The translations under genes were made by a program, and so were the position numbers. From an uncultured Candidatus Saccharibacteria bacterium (lineage in GTDB: Bacteria; Patescibacteriota; Minisyncoccia; Minisyncoccales; Staskawiczbacteraceae): 64,000 nucleotides of DNA. The notes under the pieces were generated by a model, which was not told the origin of the DNA, ran no database searches, and saw nothing but the letters and a program-made list of their open reading frames with translations. Where the stretch lies: NCBI GenBank assembly GCA_964356545.1, contig CAYHHX010000001.1, positions 1,918-65,917 of the forward strand, in the 5' to 3' direction. The stretch's first letter is position 1. Each line of letters starts with the position of its first letter. Positions 9,416 to 21,300 of the stretch are shown one piece after another.

Positions 9416-11083
9416 GTGATAAAAAAATTACTTAATATCCAAACAAAAAGCGTCAGTTTTGCCTCTTTAATTTTGGCAGGATCTTATTTTTTTTCCGCAT
9501 TATTAGGATTGTTAAGAGACCGTCTTTTAGCTGGTAAATTTGGTGCGGGTAATGAATTAGACGTATATTATACTGCTTTCACTATTCCCGATTTTATTGT
9601 TTTAATTTTAATTTTTGGCGCGATATCGTCAGCAATTGTTCCCATATTTACTTCTTATATTAATAAATCAAAAGAAGAGGCATGGCATTATACTTCAGCC
9701 CTTTTAAATGTATTTTTAGTTTTTTTAATTATTACTTGTTTATTTTTTATAATCTTTACCCCCTTTTTTGTATCGTTAATTGCGCCGGGATTTTCAGAAA
9801 GTAAAAAGGAAATGACGGTAACACTGATGAGAATAATGTTTTTGAGCCCTATACTTTTAGGTACCAGTAATATCATTAGCGGTATTTTACAAGTGTTTCA
9901 TAGATTTTTAGCTACCGCATTGGCGCCTTTAATGTACAACCTCGGGATTATTATTGGTATTGTATTTTTTACTCCAAAGCTTGGTTTGACAGGCCTTGCA
10001 TGGGGGGTAGTGCTGGGCGGGATATTACACCTTTCAATACAGATTCCGGCTATTTTACACTCTGGATTCAAGTATACGCCTTTTAAGCCAGGTCAAAAAA
10101 AACTTGATATAAAGCACCCAGGGGTTATAAAAACAATAAAATTAATGCTGCCAAGGTCGCTAGGCTTAGGAGCTAGCCAATTTAATAATATTACTATCAC
10201 GGCTATTGCATCTACTCTGGCCACTGGCAGTGTAGCCATATTTAATTTAGCAAATAATCTGGGTTCTATTTTAGTAAATGCTATTGCTATTTCACTTTCA
10301 ACCGCTATTTTCCCAAAAATGTCTTTAGCGTATTTAAGAGAAGATAAAAGAGAATTTGAAAAAAAGTTTTCTTCGGCGCTTCGCCAAATATTATTTCTAA
10401 TTATCCCAATTAGTATTTTATTGTTTATTTTAAGGGCACAAATAATAAGAGTGGTATTTGGAACTGGTAAATTTGATTGGCTTGATACAAGACTTACTGC
10501 TGCCTGCCTTGGTATTTTTAGCGTAGGATTATTTGCCCAGGGCATTATTTTTATTTTATCAAAAACTTTTTACGCCGCCCACAACACAAAAATTCCCGCA
10601 TGGATAAGTTTTATTGCTGTTGTTTTTAACATTTCTGCTAGTATTTTTTTTGTTAAGCTTTTAAATGCTTCCGGAACATTTTTTAATTTTATGCAAAATA
10701 TATTAAGGCTTGAAGGCATACATAATATTAGTATAGTCGGGTTGTCGCTGGCATATTCAATTACCGTAATTTTTCAAGCCAGTTTACTTTTATATTTCCT
10801 TTATAAAAAATATAAAACATTCAGGATAAAAGAAATATTAGGTTCTGTGTATAAAATTTTATTATCAAGCGCAATAATGGTAATTTTTGTGCTTTTGGTC
10901 AGACAATCATTGGTAAATTATAATTTTATCCAATTGCAGACATTTTTCGGGGTATTTATGCAGCTCGTAATATCGGGCACAGTTGGCGCATTTTTTTATA
11001 TTATTACCGCTTACTTTTTCAAATCACCTGAATTAAAAACAATTAAAGAGTCTTTTTTTAATGGAAAATCAAAACCAAATTAG
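9416..11083 (+). CDS. murJ: Lipid II flippase MurJ (MviN).
   Basis: N-terminal 'LLGLLRDRLLAGKFGAGNELDVYYTAFTIPDFI' is the MurJ signature. The protein is multi-pass membrane and 555 aa. Confidence 0.85.
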   Translation: MIKKLLNIQTKSVSFASLILAGSYFFSALLGLLRDRLLAGKFGAGNELDVYYTAFTIPDFIVLILIFGAISSAIVPIFTSYINKSKEEAWHYTSALLNVFLVFLIITCLFFIIFTPFFVSLIAPGFSESKKEMTVTLMRIMFLSPILLGTSNIISGILQVFHRFLATALAPLMYNLGIIIGIVFFTPKLGLTGLAWGVVLGGILHLSIQIPAILHSGFKYTPFKPGQKKLDIKHPGVIKTIKLMLPRSLGLGASQFNNITITAIASTLATGSVAIFNLANNLGSILVNAIAISLSTAIFPKMSLAYLREDKREFEKKFSSALRQILFLIIPISILLFILRAQIIRVVFGTGKFDWLDTRLTAACLGIFSVGLFAQGIIFILSKTFYAAHNTKIPAWISFIAVVFNISASIFFVKLLNASGTFFNFMQNILRLEGIHNISIVGLSLAYSITVIFQASLLLYFLYKKYKTFRIKEILGSVYKILLSSAIMVIFVLLVRQSLVNYNFIQLQTFFGVFMQLVISGTVGAFFYIITAYFFKSPELKTIKESFFNGKSKPN

Positions 11084-12866
11084 AAACTTTTCAATAATTG
11101 CTCATATAGACCATGGTAAATCAACATTAGCTGACCGTCTTTTGGAGTTGACCCATACAATAGAATCTAAAAAAATGAAACCTCAATTTTTAGATAGCAT
11201 GGAATTAGAAAGAGAGAAGGGAATTACAATAAAATTAAAATCAATCCGAATGAACTATAATTATTTGGGTGCAGATTATATTTTGAATTTAGTTGATACT
11301 CCGGGGCATGTTGATTTTACTTATGAAGTTTCCAGGTCACTCGCCGCCGTTGAAGGAACTGTGCTATTGGTGGATGCTGGCCAAGGAATACAGGCTCAAA
11401 CTTTGGCAAATTTAGAATTAGCAAAAAAACAAAACTTAATAATTATTCCGGTTATAAATAAAATTGATTTACCACAGGCAAAAATAGAAGAAGTCGTTGA
11501 AGAATTAGTTAATCTTTTAAAAATTGACGAAAGTGAAATTTTGAAAATTTCTGCTAAAACTGGAGAAAATATTGAGCAGGTTTTAAAAGCTGTGATTGAA
11601 CGGATCCCGGCTCCAAAAAAAGAAAATTTAGAAAAACCATTTAGAGCTTTAATTTTTGATTCAGATTACGACGCTTTTAAGGGAATTATTGCTTTTATTA
11701 GAGTTGTAGACGGTGAAATTGAAAACAATCAAAAAATTAAACTTTTTGCATCTAATACTCCAGCAGAAATAAAAGAATTGGGTTATTTTAATCCAGGCCG
11801 TTCTCCTCAAAATAGACTTTACGCAGGTGAAATAGGATATATTGCCACTGGCATTAAAGAGCCAGGGAAAGTTAGGGCAGGAGATACTATTATAAAACTT
11901 CAATTTCCGAGTCTCAATATTGAGCCATTACCAGGATATCATGAACCAAGGCCAATGGTTTTTGCCAGTTTTTATCCAGAAGATCCAGACGATTTTGATT
12001 TATTAAAGGACGCTTTATCAAAATTAAAACTCAATGATCCAGCCTTAACTTTTGAGCCAGAAAAAAAAGAGGCGTTAGGCAGGGGATTCACAGTTGGGTT
12101 TTTAGGAACTTTGCATGTTGAAATTGTGGCGGAAAGATTAAGGCGGGAATTTAATTTGAATTTGGTAATTTCAACGCCATCTGTTGTTTTTAAAATTATT
12201 GATATTAATGGAGCGGAAAAATTTATTTATTCGGCTTCCGATTGGCCAGATGCAAGTAAAATTAAGGAAACTCAAGAACCATGGGTTTTGTTGGAGATAA
12301 TAACTCCGTCTACATATTTGGGTAAATTAATGGAAATTTTAAAAAATCTTAACGGTATTTATGTTGATACGCAATACCTTTCTACTGAAAGGGCAATTAT
12401 AATTTATGAAATTCCTTTAAGAGGAGTTGTGACCGGGCTCTATGATAAAATAAAGAGCATAAGTCAGGGTTATGCGTCAATGAATTATAAAATGTCGGGA
12501 TTAAAACCAGCTAAATTAGTGAAAATGGAAATTTGGATTGCAGGTAAAAAAGAAGAAGCTTTATCAAAAATTATTTCTGAAAATGAGGCTCATAAAGAAG
12601 GTAAGTTTGTTGTTGAAAAACTAAAAGAAGTTTTAGAGCCAGAACAATTTTCTGTTGCTTTGCAGGCAGTTGTTTCCGGTAAAGTTTTGGCCAGAGAAAC
12701 AATTAAGGCTCGTAGAAAAGATGTGACTGGTTATTTGTATGGAGGCGATATTACCAGAAAAAGAAAGCTTTTAGAAAAACAAAAAAAGGGTAAAAAGTTA
12801 ATGAAAGGCAAGGGTACAGTGCAAGTTCCAACAAAAGCATTTTTAGAGATATTTAAGAATCAGTAA
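11061..12866 (+). CDS. lepA: Elongation factor 4 (LepA).
   Basis: 'IRNFSIIAHIDHGKSTLADRLLE' G1 motif, 'LVDTPGHVDF' and the LepA-specific C-terminal domain. 601 aa. Confidence 0.9.
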   Translation: MENQNQIRNFSIIAHIDHGKSTLADRLLELTHTIESKKMKPQFLDSMELEREKGITIKLKSIRMNYNYLGADYILNLVDTPGHVDFTYEVSRSLAAVEGTVLLVDAGQGIQAQTLANLELAKKQNLIIIPVINKIDLPQAKIEEVVEELVNLLKIDESEILKISAKTGENIEQVLKAVIERIPAPKKENLEKPFRALIFDSDYDAFKGIIAFIRVVDGEIENNQKIKLFASNTPAEIKELGYFNPGRSPQNRLYAGEIGYIATGIKEPGKVRAGDTIIKLQFPSLNIEPLPGYHEPRPMVFASFYPEDPDDFDLLKDALSKLKLNDPALTFEPEKKEALGRGFTVGFLGTLHVEIVAERLRREFNLNLVISTPSVVFKIIDINGAEKFIYSASDWPDASKIKETQEPWVLLEIITPSTYLGKLMEILKNLNGIYVDTQYLSTERAIIIYEIPLRGVVTGLYDKIKSISQGYASMNYKMSGLKPAKLVKMEIWIAGKKEEALSKIISENEAHKEGKFVVEKLKEVLEPEQFSVALQAVVSGKVLARETIKARRKDVTGYLYGGDITRKRKLLEKQKKGKKLMKGKGTVQVPTKAFLEIFKNQ

Positions 12867-12937
12867 TTTTTTTAGTTGATTTTATCTATTTTTATGTTAG
12901 AATGATAAGACAGGGGTGAGGATTCACCCCATATACA

Positions 12938-13006
12938 GCGCCTTGGAGGAGTAGTACCTCGGCAGTCTCATAAGCTGCAGGCCCCCGTGCAATTCGGGGA
13001 GGCGCA
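12938..13006 (+). pseudogene. Degenerate tRNA-like element (CAU anticodon loop) immediately upstream of tRNA-Met. It may be a decayed tRNA.
   Basis: 7-bp acceptor pairing gcgcctt/gaggcgc, D-stem gagg/cctc and anticodon loop 'cuCAUaa'. It is only 69 nt, the T-loop is 'tgcaatt' (no TTC), and the stems are imperfect. Confidence 0.3.
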
Positions 13007-13027
13007 ACATTAAGGGTTATGGGATTA

Positions 13028-13100
13028 GCCGGGGTAGTTCAGTGGTTAGAACGCAGCACTCATAACGCTGAAGTCGTGGGTTCGATTCCCACCCTCGGCA
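13028..13100 (+). tRNA. tRNA-Met (anticodon CAU). Elongator or tRNA-Ile2 type, not initiator.
   Basis: Cloverleaf: acceptor GCCGGGG/CCUCGGC, T-arm GUGGG-UUCGAUU-CCCAC, anticodon loop cuCAUaa. G1-C72 is paired, so it is not an initiator. Confidence 0.85.
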
Positions 13101-13122
13101 CAAATTTGATAGATTTAATTTT

Positions 13123-13198
13123 GCGGGTGTAGTTCAGCCTGGTTTAGAATATTCCCCTGTCACGGGAAAGATCACGGGTTCAAATCCCGTCACCCGCG
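13123..13198 (+). tRNA. tRNA-Asp (anticodon GUC).
   Basis: Acceptor GCGGGUG/CACCCGC, anticodon stem-loop uuccc-cuGUCac-gggaa, T-arm CGGG-UUCAAAU-CCCG, discriminator G. Confidence 0.85.
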
Positions 13199-13386
13199 CA
13201 AATTCCAGTTCGTTTATTTTTCCCTCGTAAAGTAGGTTCCAATATTTTATAGGACTATAGTACATTAGAGCCTTTTATCCCTAAAAAGCGTTTTTAGTTG
13301 CATTTTTGTTATAAAATAGGCAGAATAGAATAATGTGTTTTAAGATTAGTTTTATGATATAATTTCTTAAAACAAGAAAATAAAAT

Positions 13387-13893
13387 ATGAGTTACGAAAA
13401 TGTACCATTTGGCGCTCCTGAAAAGTTTAATGTCGTGGTTGAAATCCAAAAAGGTGGCCAGGTGAAGTACGAATACGATGAAGCGTGGCATGAAATAAAA
13501 GTAAGTACTATTTTTAAAAATGGATTTTGTTTTCCGTTTGACTATGGATATGTGCCACAGACTCGTGGTGGAGATGGTGACCAGCTTGATGTATTTGTAT
13601 TGGGCTCACAGTCTGTTCAAATGGGGGCGGTTGTTGAATGTCGTTCGATTGGAATGATTGAGTTAATTGATAGGGGTGAAAAAGATGATAAAATTTTAGC
13701 AATTCCTTTGAATGATTTAGGTTTTGAGAATATTAAAACATTAGAAGATTTACCTTTTGACTACAAATCTATTTTCGAAACATTTTTTAAAGAGTTAGCG
13801 ATTCAAAGGAATAAGACAATGGAAATTAGGGGGTATAAAGATAAATCAGTTGCAATCGAAGAATTAAAAATGGCACACAAAAATTTTAAATAA
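13387..13893 (+). CDS. ppa: Inorganic pyrophosphatase (family I).
   Basis: 'FDYGYVPQTRGGDGDQLDVFVLG' is the PPase active-site region. 168 aa. Confidence 0.85.
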   Translation: MSYENVPFGAPEKFNVVVEIQKGGQVKYEYDEAWHEIKVSTIFKNGFCFPFDYGYVPQTRGGDGDQLDVFVLGSQSVQMGAVVECRSIGMIELIDRGEKDDKILAIPLNDLGFENIKTLEDLPFDYKSIFETFFKELAIQRNKTMEIRGYKDKSVAIEELKMAHKNFK

Positions 13894-13896
13894 ACT

Positions 13897-14370
13897 ATGA
13901 AAATAACAATTTGTGGCAGTATCGGTTTTTATCAGGAAATGGAATCAGCAAGAGATGAGCTTATTCAGCACGGACACGAAGTAAAAATACCAGAGCTTAC
14001 TCTTGAAGTTCCGCAAGAGTTTGGCAGTGGTAAGAAAGTGTATTTTGGGCAGTATATTGAACAAAATGGAGGTATCGATGCATTTCCTGCTGGACATGCA
14101 ATATGGAATTTGAAAGAGGGGGCAATTAAAGATCATTATGAAAAAGTTGATTGGTGTGATGCTGTTTTAATCGTTAACCAAGAAAAGCGTGGTATTCAAG
14201 GATATGTCGGAGGTAATACTCTTATTGAGATTGGCGTTGCTTTTTACCTCAAAAAGAAAATATACATATTAAATCCAGTGTCTTCTGAACTTTCTTATAA
14301 GCAAGAGATTATGGGGATGAAACCAAAAATTTTAAATAATAATTTGAGTTTGATAAATCATGAAAATTAG
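13897..14370 (+). CDS. Nucleoside 2-deoxyribosyltransferase-like (Rcl/NDT fold) protein.
   Basis: N-terminal 'MKITICGSI' and 'GYVGGNTLIEIGVAFYLKKKIYIL' resemble the NDT-family catalytic Glu motif (G-T/S-x-x-E-x-G-x-A). Confidence 0.4.
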   Translation: MKITICGSIGFYQEMESARDELIQHGHEVKIPELTLEVPQEFGSGKKVYFGQYIEQNGGIDAFPAGHAIWNLKEGAIKDHYEKVDWCDAVLIVNQEKRGIQGYVGGNTLIEIGVAFYLKKKIYILNPVSSELSYKQEIMGMKPKILNNNLSLINHEN

Positions 14371-14833
14371 AAATAAAGCCATTCCGGCAGTATATATTTT
14401 ACTGGAAAAAGATGGAAAAGTTTTGCTTGGCAGGCGTTGTAATACCGGTTATCAAGACGGTAATTATCAGGTTCCTGCCGGCCACGTCGAAGAAGGAGAA
14501 TTACCAACAGAAGCTATTATTAGAGAGGCAAAAGAAGAAGTGAATGTGGATTTAAGTTTAAGTGGCATAGAATTAGTGCATGTAGGATATCGGCCAAAAC
14601 ATGACCCCAGCGGAGACCGTATAGATTTTTACTTTAAAGCCAAAAAATGGAGTGGAGAAATTAAAAACATGGAACCAGATAAGTGTGAAGACTTAAACTT
14701 TGTTTCTTGGGATAACCTGCCAGAAAACACAGTATTTCATGTTCATGAAGCATTTAAGTGTATTCAGAAGGGAGTATTTTATAATGAAATTGGCATAGAT
14801 TTTTTGAAAGAGAAGGGGCTTTATAGTCTTTAA
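14360..14833 (+). CDS. NUDIX hydrolase.
   Basis: Nudix box 'GHVEEGELPTEAIIREAKEEVNV'. Confidence 0.8.
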   Translation: MKIRNKAIPAVYILLEKDGKVLLGRRCNTGYQDGNYQVPAGHVEEGELPTEAIIREAKEEVNVDLSLSGIELVHVGYRPKHDPSGDRIDFYFKAKKWSGEIKNMEPDKCEDLNFVSWDNLPENTVFHVHEAFKCIQKGVFYNEIGIDFLKEKGLYSL

Positions 14834-14863
14834 ATGAAGGCGGATTATTGGACTAAATTTATC

Positions 14864-14935
14864 ATTTCCACATTCGGAAACTCATTAATAAACCAAGTTC
14901 TAATGTTGGACCACTGGCTGTGCATACGCACAAGT
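14864..14935. repeat. Copy of a dispersed ~70-nt repeat. The second copy is at 59540-59640.
   Basis: 'ttcggaaactcattaataaaccaagttctaatgttggaccactggctg' versus 59545-59636 'ttcggaacattcataaaccaagttc[+40-nt GC-rich hairpin]taatattggaccactaactggg'. Confidence 0.5.
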
Positions 14936-15081
14936 CTGAACTCGTTTGATTGGTAGGAGGGCTTTTGTCCTTATTATCTCCGTTTTCAAACACTTATCAA
15001 ATGTGAGCGGCAGTAATGCCGTCTTTTTTGAAAATATTGATTATTTTATTGATAGATGGTACCATAAATAAAGTAAAGGTA

Positions 15082-15222
15082 ATGGAAATAAGAAAACAGA
15101 TTTTTATTTATAAAAATTCAAAGGTTGAAAATTTAATGTTTCAAGTTTTTTCTATTATTTATCATAAATATCACGAGAAAAGTTTTTCTCTTTTAAAAAA
15201 TATTTCTGGAAGTTTTATTTAA
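15082..15222 (+). CDS. Conserved small protein (46 aa). Divergent copy A of a four-member repeated unit.
   Basis: Aligns codon by codon with the copies at 44364, 49220 and 54666 (I-R/E-K/R-Q-I-F/Y...KNSKV...MF...FS...KY-H/Q-EKS-F/L-SL...IS...F-I). The differences are mostly synonymous or conservative (GAG/GAA, AAA/AAG, TTT/TTC). SD 'aaagg' upstream. Confidence 0.5.
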   Translation: MEIRKQIFIYKNSKVENLMFQVFSIIYHKYHEKSFSLLKNISGSFI

Positions 15223-15252
15223 AAATACACCCATTAGTGGGTGTATTTTTTT
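15223..15252 (+). terminator. Intrinsic terminator of repeated unit A.
   Basis: 'atacacccattagtgggtgtat' hairpin plus T7. The same hairpin, with compensatory loop changes, ends all four units. Confidence 0.7.
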
Positions 15253-15270
15253 GGGGACATCTTAGAAAAC

Positions 15271-15288
15271 GGTGGCTGTTCTCATTTC
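15271..15288. repeat. REP element (reverse orientation, partial).
   Basis: 'ggtggctgttctcatttc' matches the family consensus AATGGTGGCTGTCCCCATTTCC. Confidence 0.5.
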
Positions 15289-15354
15289 TGCCCCCCCAAC
15301 AAATTAACTTTATTTTGAAATATTATTTAATAATCAATATAATCAAAGTTGAGT

Positions 15355-18300
15355 ATGAATAAAATAAAAAACAATTTTCATAAAAATAAATTAGCATTCA
15401 GTAAAAAAGTGACGGCATATTTATTGATTGCATTATTTTTCTATTTTCCCTTAGAGTCGGTTTTTGCAGAAGAAAATATATCAGAAAATATAAACAAAGA
15501 AGAAACTTCGGCAAGCCAACTAGTCGATTCCGAAAAAAATAATCAAGAGAAACCTCTAGCAGAAAAAAATATTATCGGGGATACTAAAAATAATATTCAA
15601 CAAAAAGGTGAGCGTAAAAATAACGAGAAAGAAGATAATACAGACAAAAAAGAACGCAACAAGAAAAAGAAAAATGATTCGGATGATGAAGAATTAATCC
15701 AAGCGCAAGCTGCGGGTTCATCTTCAGGTTCATCTAATAATAATCAGTTTGCGTTTAACCCGGCCGCAAAGATAATGATGCCAGAAGCCGATACCACCAC
15801 CGGCGCGCTGGTGTATTCTTATCCTATCGAAGTGCCGTCGGGCAGAAATGGCATGGCTCCGAAAGTTTCACTGTATTATAATTCTCAGAAAAATGACAAT
15901 GCTTCAATAGTAGGATTTGGCTGGGATTTGGACATTCCCAAAATAGAAAGGGTTAACAAGCACGGAGTTAATAAATTATATGATTACCAAGATTTCCAAT
16001 CTTCGCTTTCCGGCGAGTTGGTGAATGTTTCCGGAAATGATTATGGCGCAAAAATAGAAAATGGTTCTTTTCTGAAATACCAATTAAATAATGAGATATG
16101 GACTACCACGGATAAAAAAGGCACTATTTACAAGTTTGGAAGTTCTAACTCATCAAAAATTTATAATTTATCAGATACAAGCAAAATTTACTCTTGGTAC
16201 TTAGATGAAATTATAGACACTAATGGAAATTTCATAAAATATACTTATATAAAAGATAATACTGATAATTTTTTGTACCCTGATAAAATAATTTATACAG
16301 GCAACGGAGAACTATCGGGGATTTTTTCAGTTGAATTTAAAAAAGAATCCAGGCCGGATTCCTATACAATCAATAACGCCGGTTTTTATCAAAAAATAGA
16401 TGAAAGAATTAATTCCATAGAAACATATATAGCCGGTAATTTAAACAGAAAGTATGATTTAACATACGGAATGGGAGACAACGGGAAGCGTTCTATGTTA
16501 GAAAAAATAACTGAAAGCGGGAGAGACAATCTTGGCATTACCGCCACCTTGCCATCTTTTGACATTGCCTATACCGAAGGAAATATTGGCTTGGCAGATG
16601 CTCCGTCAATCAGTTATCCGTGGGTTACAGAAACCGATTCAAATGGAAATTCTTATACAACGCCTTTTACATTAGCCGATCAATCTATCAGGATCATAGA
16701 TATAAACGGCGATGGGTTAAAAGATATTGTTAAGTCGTCTGTTGCCTACGGGCAATGGGGAGCTATGTATCCAAATTTTTGGGTTTTAAAAAATAATGGG
16801 TCAGGGTGGGTAGTGGATAATTCATGGAGTCAACCAACATATTCTTATGTTAACGGTAGCGGAAGAACAATAAGCGAATATTTTACTTTTTCAAACGCAA
16901 TTGACGTTGGAGATTGGAATGGCGACGGCAAAGATGATTTGATTAAATTTTGGGTTGAAAATTTAGGCGGCGGAGCAAATAAACAACATGCAGTTGTTTT
17001 GTTAAATACTGGTGCAGGTTGGACACAAAATACAAATATAGAAACAGATACGCCGACCTATATGAGTTATAATGCCGGTATACAGAATTTATACCTTTAC
17101 TCTGGCTCAAGTGGCTCTAGTCGTTTCATTGATCTTAATGGCGATGGATTGATTGACTGTATCAATGCTTGGAACCATCAAATAAATGGCATTAATTATC
17201 CATCTTTTGCAGTATTATATAACGATGGTGAAGATTTAAAATGGGATCCTACAGTGCTTCAACTATATTTTAAGAATAGTCCAACTTCAGCAAGTAGTCC
17301 GCTTGCGTTAACTAACAGCATAAAAATATTAGATATTAACGGCGACGGACTTGTTGATTTTATGTCCGCTCATAATTACCAAATAAACGGTATTGATAAC
17401 CCATCATTTTGGGTGCTAATAAACAATGGGCATGGCTGGGACCAGGATTTTGGTATAACACATCCCCGATACACTGCTCTTGATGTGAATGATAACCTAC
17501 AAACAAATTACTTTAGCAGCACTTCGGGGTGGCAAGTTGTTGATATAAACGCAGACAATTTACCTGATTTTATTATATTTGCGCCACTTAATAGCGGAGG
17601 CGGAACATATAAAAAAAGGAAAACAGTTTTAATAAATACTGGCAAGGGATGGATCCAAGATGACAGTTTGATTAATATTGGGGACTATTCGTATACATAT
17701 AACGGCAGCACACAAACTAATTATCCTAGTTCCAGCGATGCCGGCAGCGCTTTTCTTGATATTAACGGCGATGGGTTGGTTGATATTGCTCACCCATCTT
17801 TTTATCAGCAACAGGGAATTTACTATACTATTAATTGGACGCTTATAGGAAGCGGTAAAATTGCCAACACTTTGTCAAAGATAACATTACCTGAAGGTGG
17901 CTCTTATGACATTGCATATAAAATGACAAGCGCATATAGGGATGTTTTGGGAAATTTACTGAATAGTAGTTTACTATTAGCATATAATACGGTTGAAAAA
18001 ATAATTCAAAATGATGGCAATGGCATAACGCATATTGCAAATTACAAATATGAGGGAGGACATTTTTTCTATGGTAGTGCTTTTAATAAGCGTTTTGCGG
18101 GATTTAGTATAATTTACAAAAACGATTTTGCGGGCAATACAACCAAAACTTATTATCATACAGCCAATCAAAGCGATTCTAATTACGGAGAATTTCAAGA
18201 CGAATATTGGAAAATTGGTAAAGCATATAGTATAGAACAATATGATAATGCAAACCACTTATATACTAAAACTATAAACAAATGGGACAGTTTTGATTTA

Positions 18301-21300
18301 GGTGGTGGTTCAAAGTTTTTAAAGTTAGCTCAAACCGTAAATTATAATTTTGATGGCGATGCCACTCATCGAGATACAGCTGAAGGTTATACTTACGACA
18401 ATTCCAATGGTAATGTCACCCAGAAAGTTCAATGGGGCGAAGTGTCGGGGCAAGACAATGGAACATTTACTGATACTGGATCTGACAAATTTACCACTGA
18501 CTACGCTTATGCCTCCAATGCAAGCTTATCTATTGTTGGATTGCCATCAAAAGAAACGATAACAGATCAAAACTCGTTGAAGGTAAAGGAAAGCAAGTTT
18601 TATTACGATCTGCAGGCCTTAGGTAGTATTATTCAAGGGAACCTTACCAAAAAAGAGGATTGGAAAGTTGGTACTGCTTATATTAATAACCAAACAACTT
18701 ATAACAGCTACGGCTTGGCAACCGTTTCAACAGATCCGCGAGGCAAAACCACCAAGTATGTGTATGATGCTCATAATCTCTATCCTGCCACAGTAACCAA
18801 TGCCAAAAATCAATCCACTAACTATTTGTATAACTATGCTTTAGGGAAAATGACCCAGAAGACCGATCCAAGTAAAAGGGTATTTCAGTATGTCTACGAT
18901 GGATTGGGGCGTCTCATTGAAGAAAAACAACCGGATATTGCAACACCTTCAACATTAATAACAAAGGCAATCTATGTGTATACCGACACTCCAAACGCAG
19001 TAAGTGTTAAAAAATCCAGTTATTTGGACGCATTAAATTTTGCAGAATCATACACGTATTTTGATGGTTTAGGCAGAAAAATTCAGGAAAGGCAGGAGGC
19101 CGAGGGTACAGTTTTTGCCGTAAAAGATTATATCTACAATAATTTGGGTCTGATTACAAAAGAATCTCTACCTTATTTTTCAGCAAATTTGTCTAAGACT
19201 TCGCCAACCATTGATTCTGCGCTCTATATCAATTACAAATATGATGCCCTGGGCCGTGTAGTTTCTGTAACCAATGCAGTTGGCACTACCACAAATATGT
19301 ACAATGATTGGAAGCTTACGGTAATCGATGTAGGTGGTAAGTCTAAAGATTTATATAAAAATGCTTATGGCAGTTTAGTGCAGGTTGATGAGCATAACTC
19401 CCTTGATACATATAGCACATTGTATAACTACAACTATTTAGGAAACATTACTAAGATTACTGATGCGCTTTCTAATATCCGTAAATTTACTTATGATGGT
19501 TTGGGCCGTAGGTTAACCGCAGAAGATTTGCATGTATCATCAGATACAAGTTATGGTATCTGGACATATACCTATGACAATGCAGGTAACTTGACCCAAA
19601 CACTAGATCCAAATGGCCAAAAAGTAATCTACACTTACGACAACCTTAATCGTGTTCTCAAAGAGGACTATATTGGCGTTACTGGTACAGAGGCTACCTA
19701 TGCCTATGATGCTGGAACAGACGGCATTGGTAAATTAACCAATGTTATTAATAGCTCAATTACTAAAAACTATACCTACAATGCTTTGGGTTTATTGAAA
19801 AAAGAAACAGATAAGTTTGGCCTTACTATCTACATCACGACATATAGTTACGATAGGCAAGGCAACCAGACTACAGTTACCAATCCAGATAATTCTAAGG
19901 TGCAATATATTTACAACACAGCAGGCTTGCTTGACCAGGTCAAACGCAAGGAATCCATTGATAGCGCGTTTGTTAGTGTTGTCAATAATTTTGATTATTC
20001 TCCCGAGGGCAAAGTTACTATTCAGGAAAACTATAACGGAACAACGAACACTAATACGTATGATGTTGCCAAGCTCTACCGATTAACTAGTAAAGTTGCC
20101 ACCACTGCTAACGGAGACCGCATCCAGGATTTAAGCTACACATATGATTTAGTAGGTAATATCACTAAAATTGTAGATGCGTCCACCACTGCAACCGCCA
20201 AAACTTCCGACTACACATATGATGACCTCTATCGTTTAACCTCTGTAACTGTAACAGGCGTTGCTGTTGGCCAAGAGCCATACATTCAAACGTATAGTTA
20301 TGATGCAATAGGAAATATCATTACAAAATCGGATGTTGTTGGATCTTATATATATGACGGTACTATCTACGCCAATCCCCATGCAGTCACTATCATTGGT
20401 TCTGCAACTTTTTCGTACGATAACAATGGCAATCTGTTAAACTCTACCAGCGGTTTTATTAATACATGGGACTATAAGAATCGTTTAATACAATCAGTCA
20501 AAGAAACAATAACAAACAGCTACGGATATGATGCCGAAGGCCAAAGAGTAAAATTAATTACCGCCGATAAAAACACTTATTATCCAACTAAATCCTATAA
20601 CATTACTTTTCTAAATTCTGATACCCAAAACCCAACATCTATTACAAAGCACATCTTTGCAAACAGCATAGACATTGCTACAATAGAAGGCACAGGGGCA
20701 ACTTCTCAAATCTACTACGCATCCAAGGATTTACTGAACAGCTCTAGCATCATAACCGACAGTGTTGGCGTAATTGCTGAGACTATGGATTACTTCCCAT
20801 TCGGCGGAATCAGAATAGACCAAAAAGTCACTGGCAGCTCTTTCTCGGAACAACGTAAATTCATCGGCCAGGAATACGACCAAGACACAGGCCTAAACTA
20901 TCTTAATGCGAGATACTACAACGCAACTATTGGAAGGTTCATTTCCCAAGACCCAATGTTTTGGCAACTGCCAAATGAGCTACTCGCCGACCCGCAACAA
21001 TTGAATTCCTATTCCTACGCCCGCAATAACCCGATAATAGGTAGTGACCCGAGCGGGTTATTAACCGTCATTGTTCCTGGAACCAGCTATAATTCAAAAG
21101 ATTGGTCGTCTTCTGGCTCGATGTCAAATTTTATCTCTTCAGTTGGCAAGACCTTCAATGAAACACATCAAACAAGTGTGATAAACGATAAAAGTAATTG
21201 GTCGGGTGGCGATAATTCTAATGCTCGTCAAAAAGCAGCAGAACATATCACAGGGTTTATAAAAGACTATAAGTTTGCTGATGGAGAACAGTTAAACATT

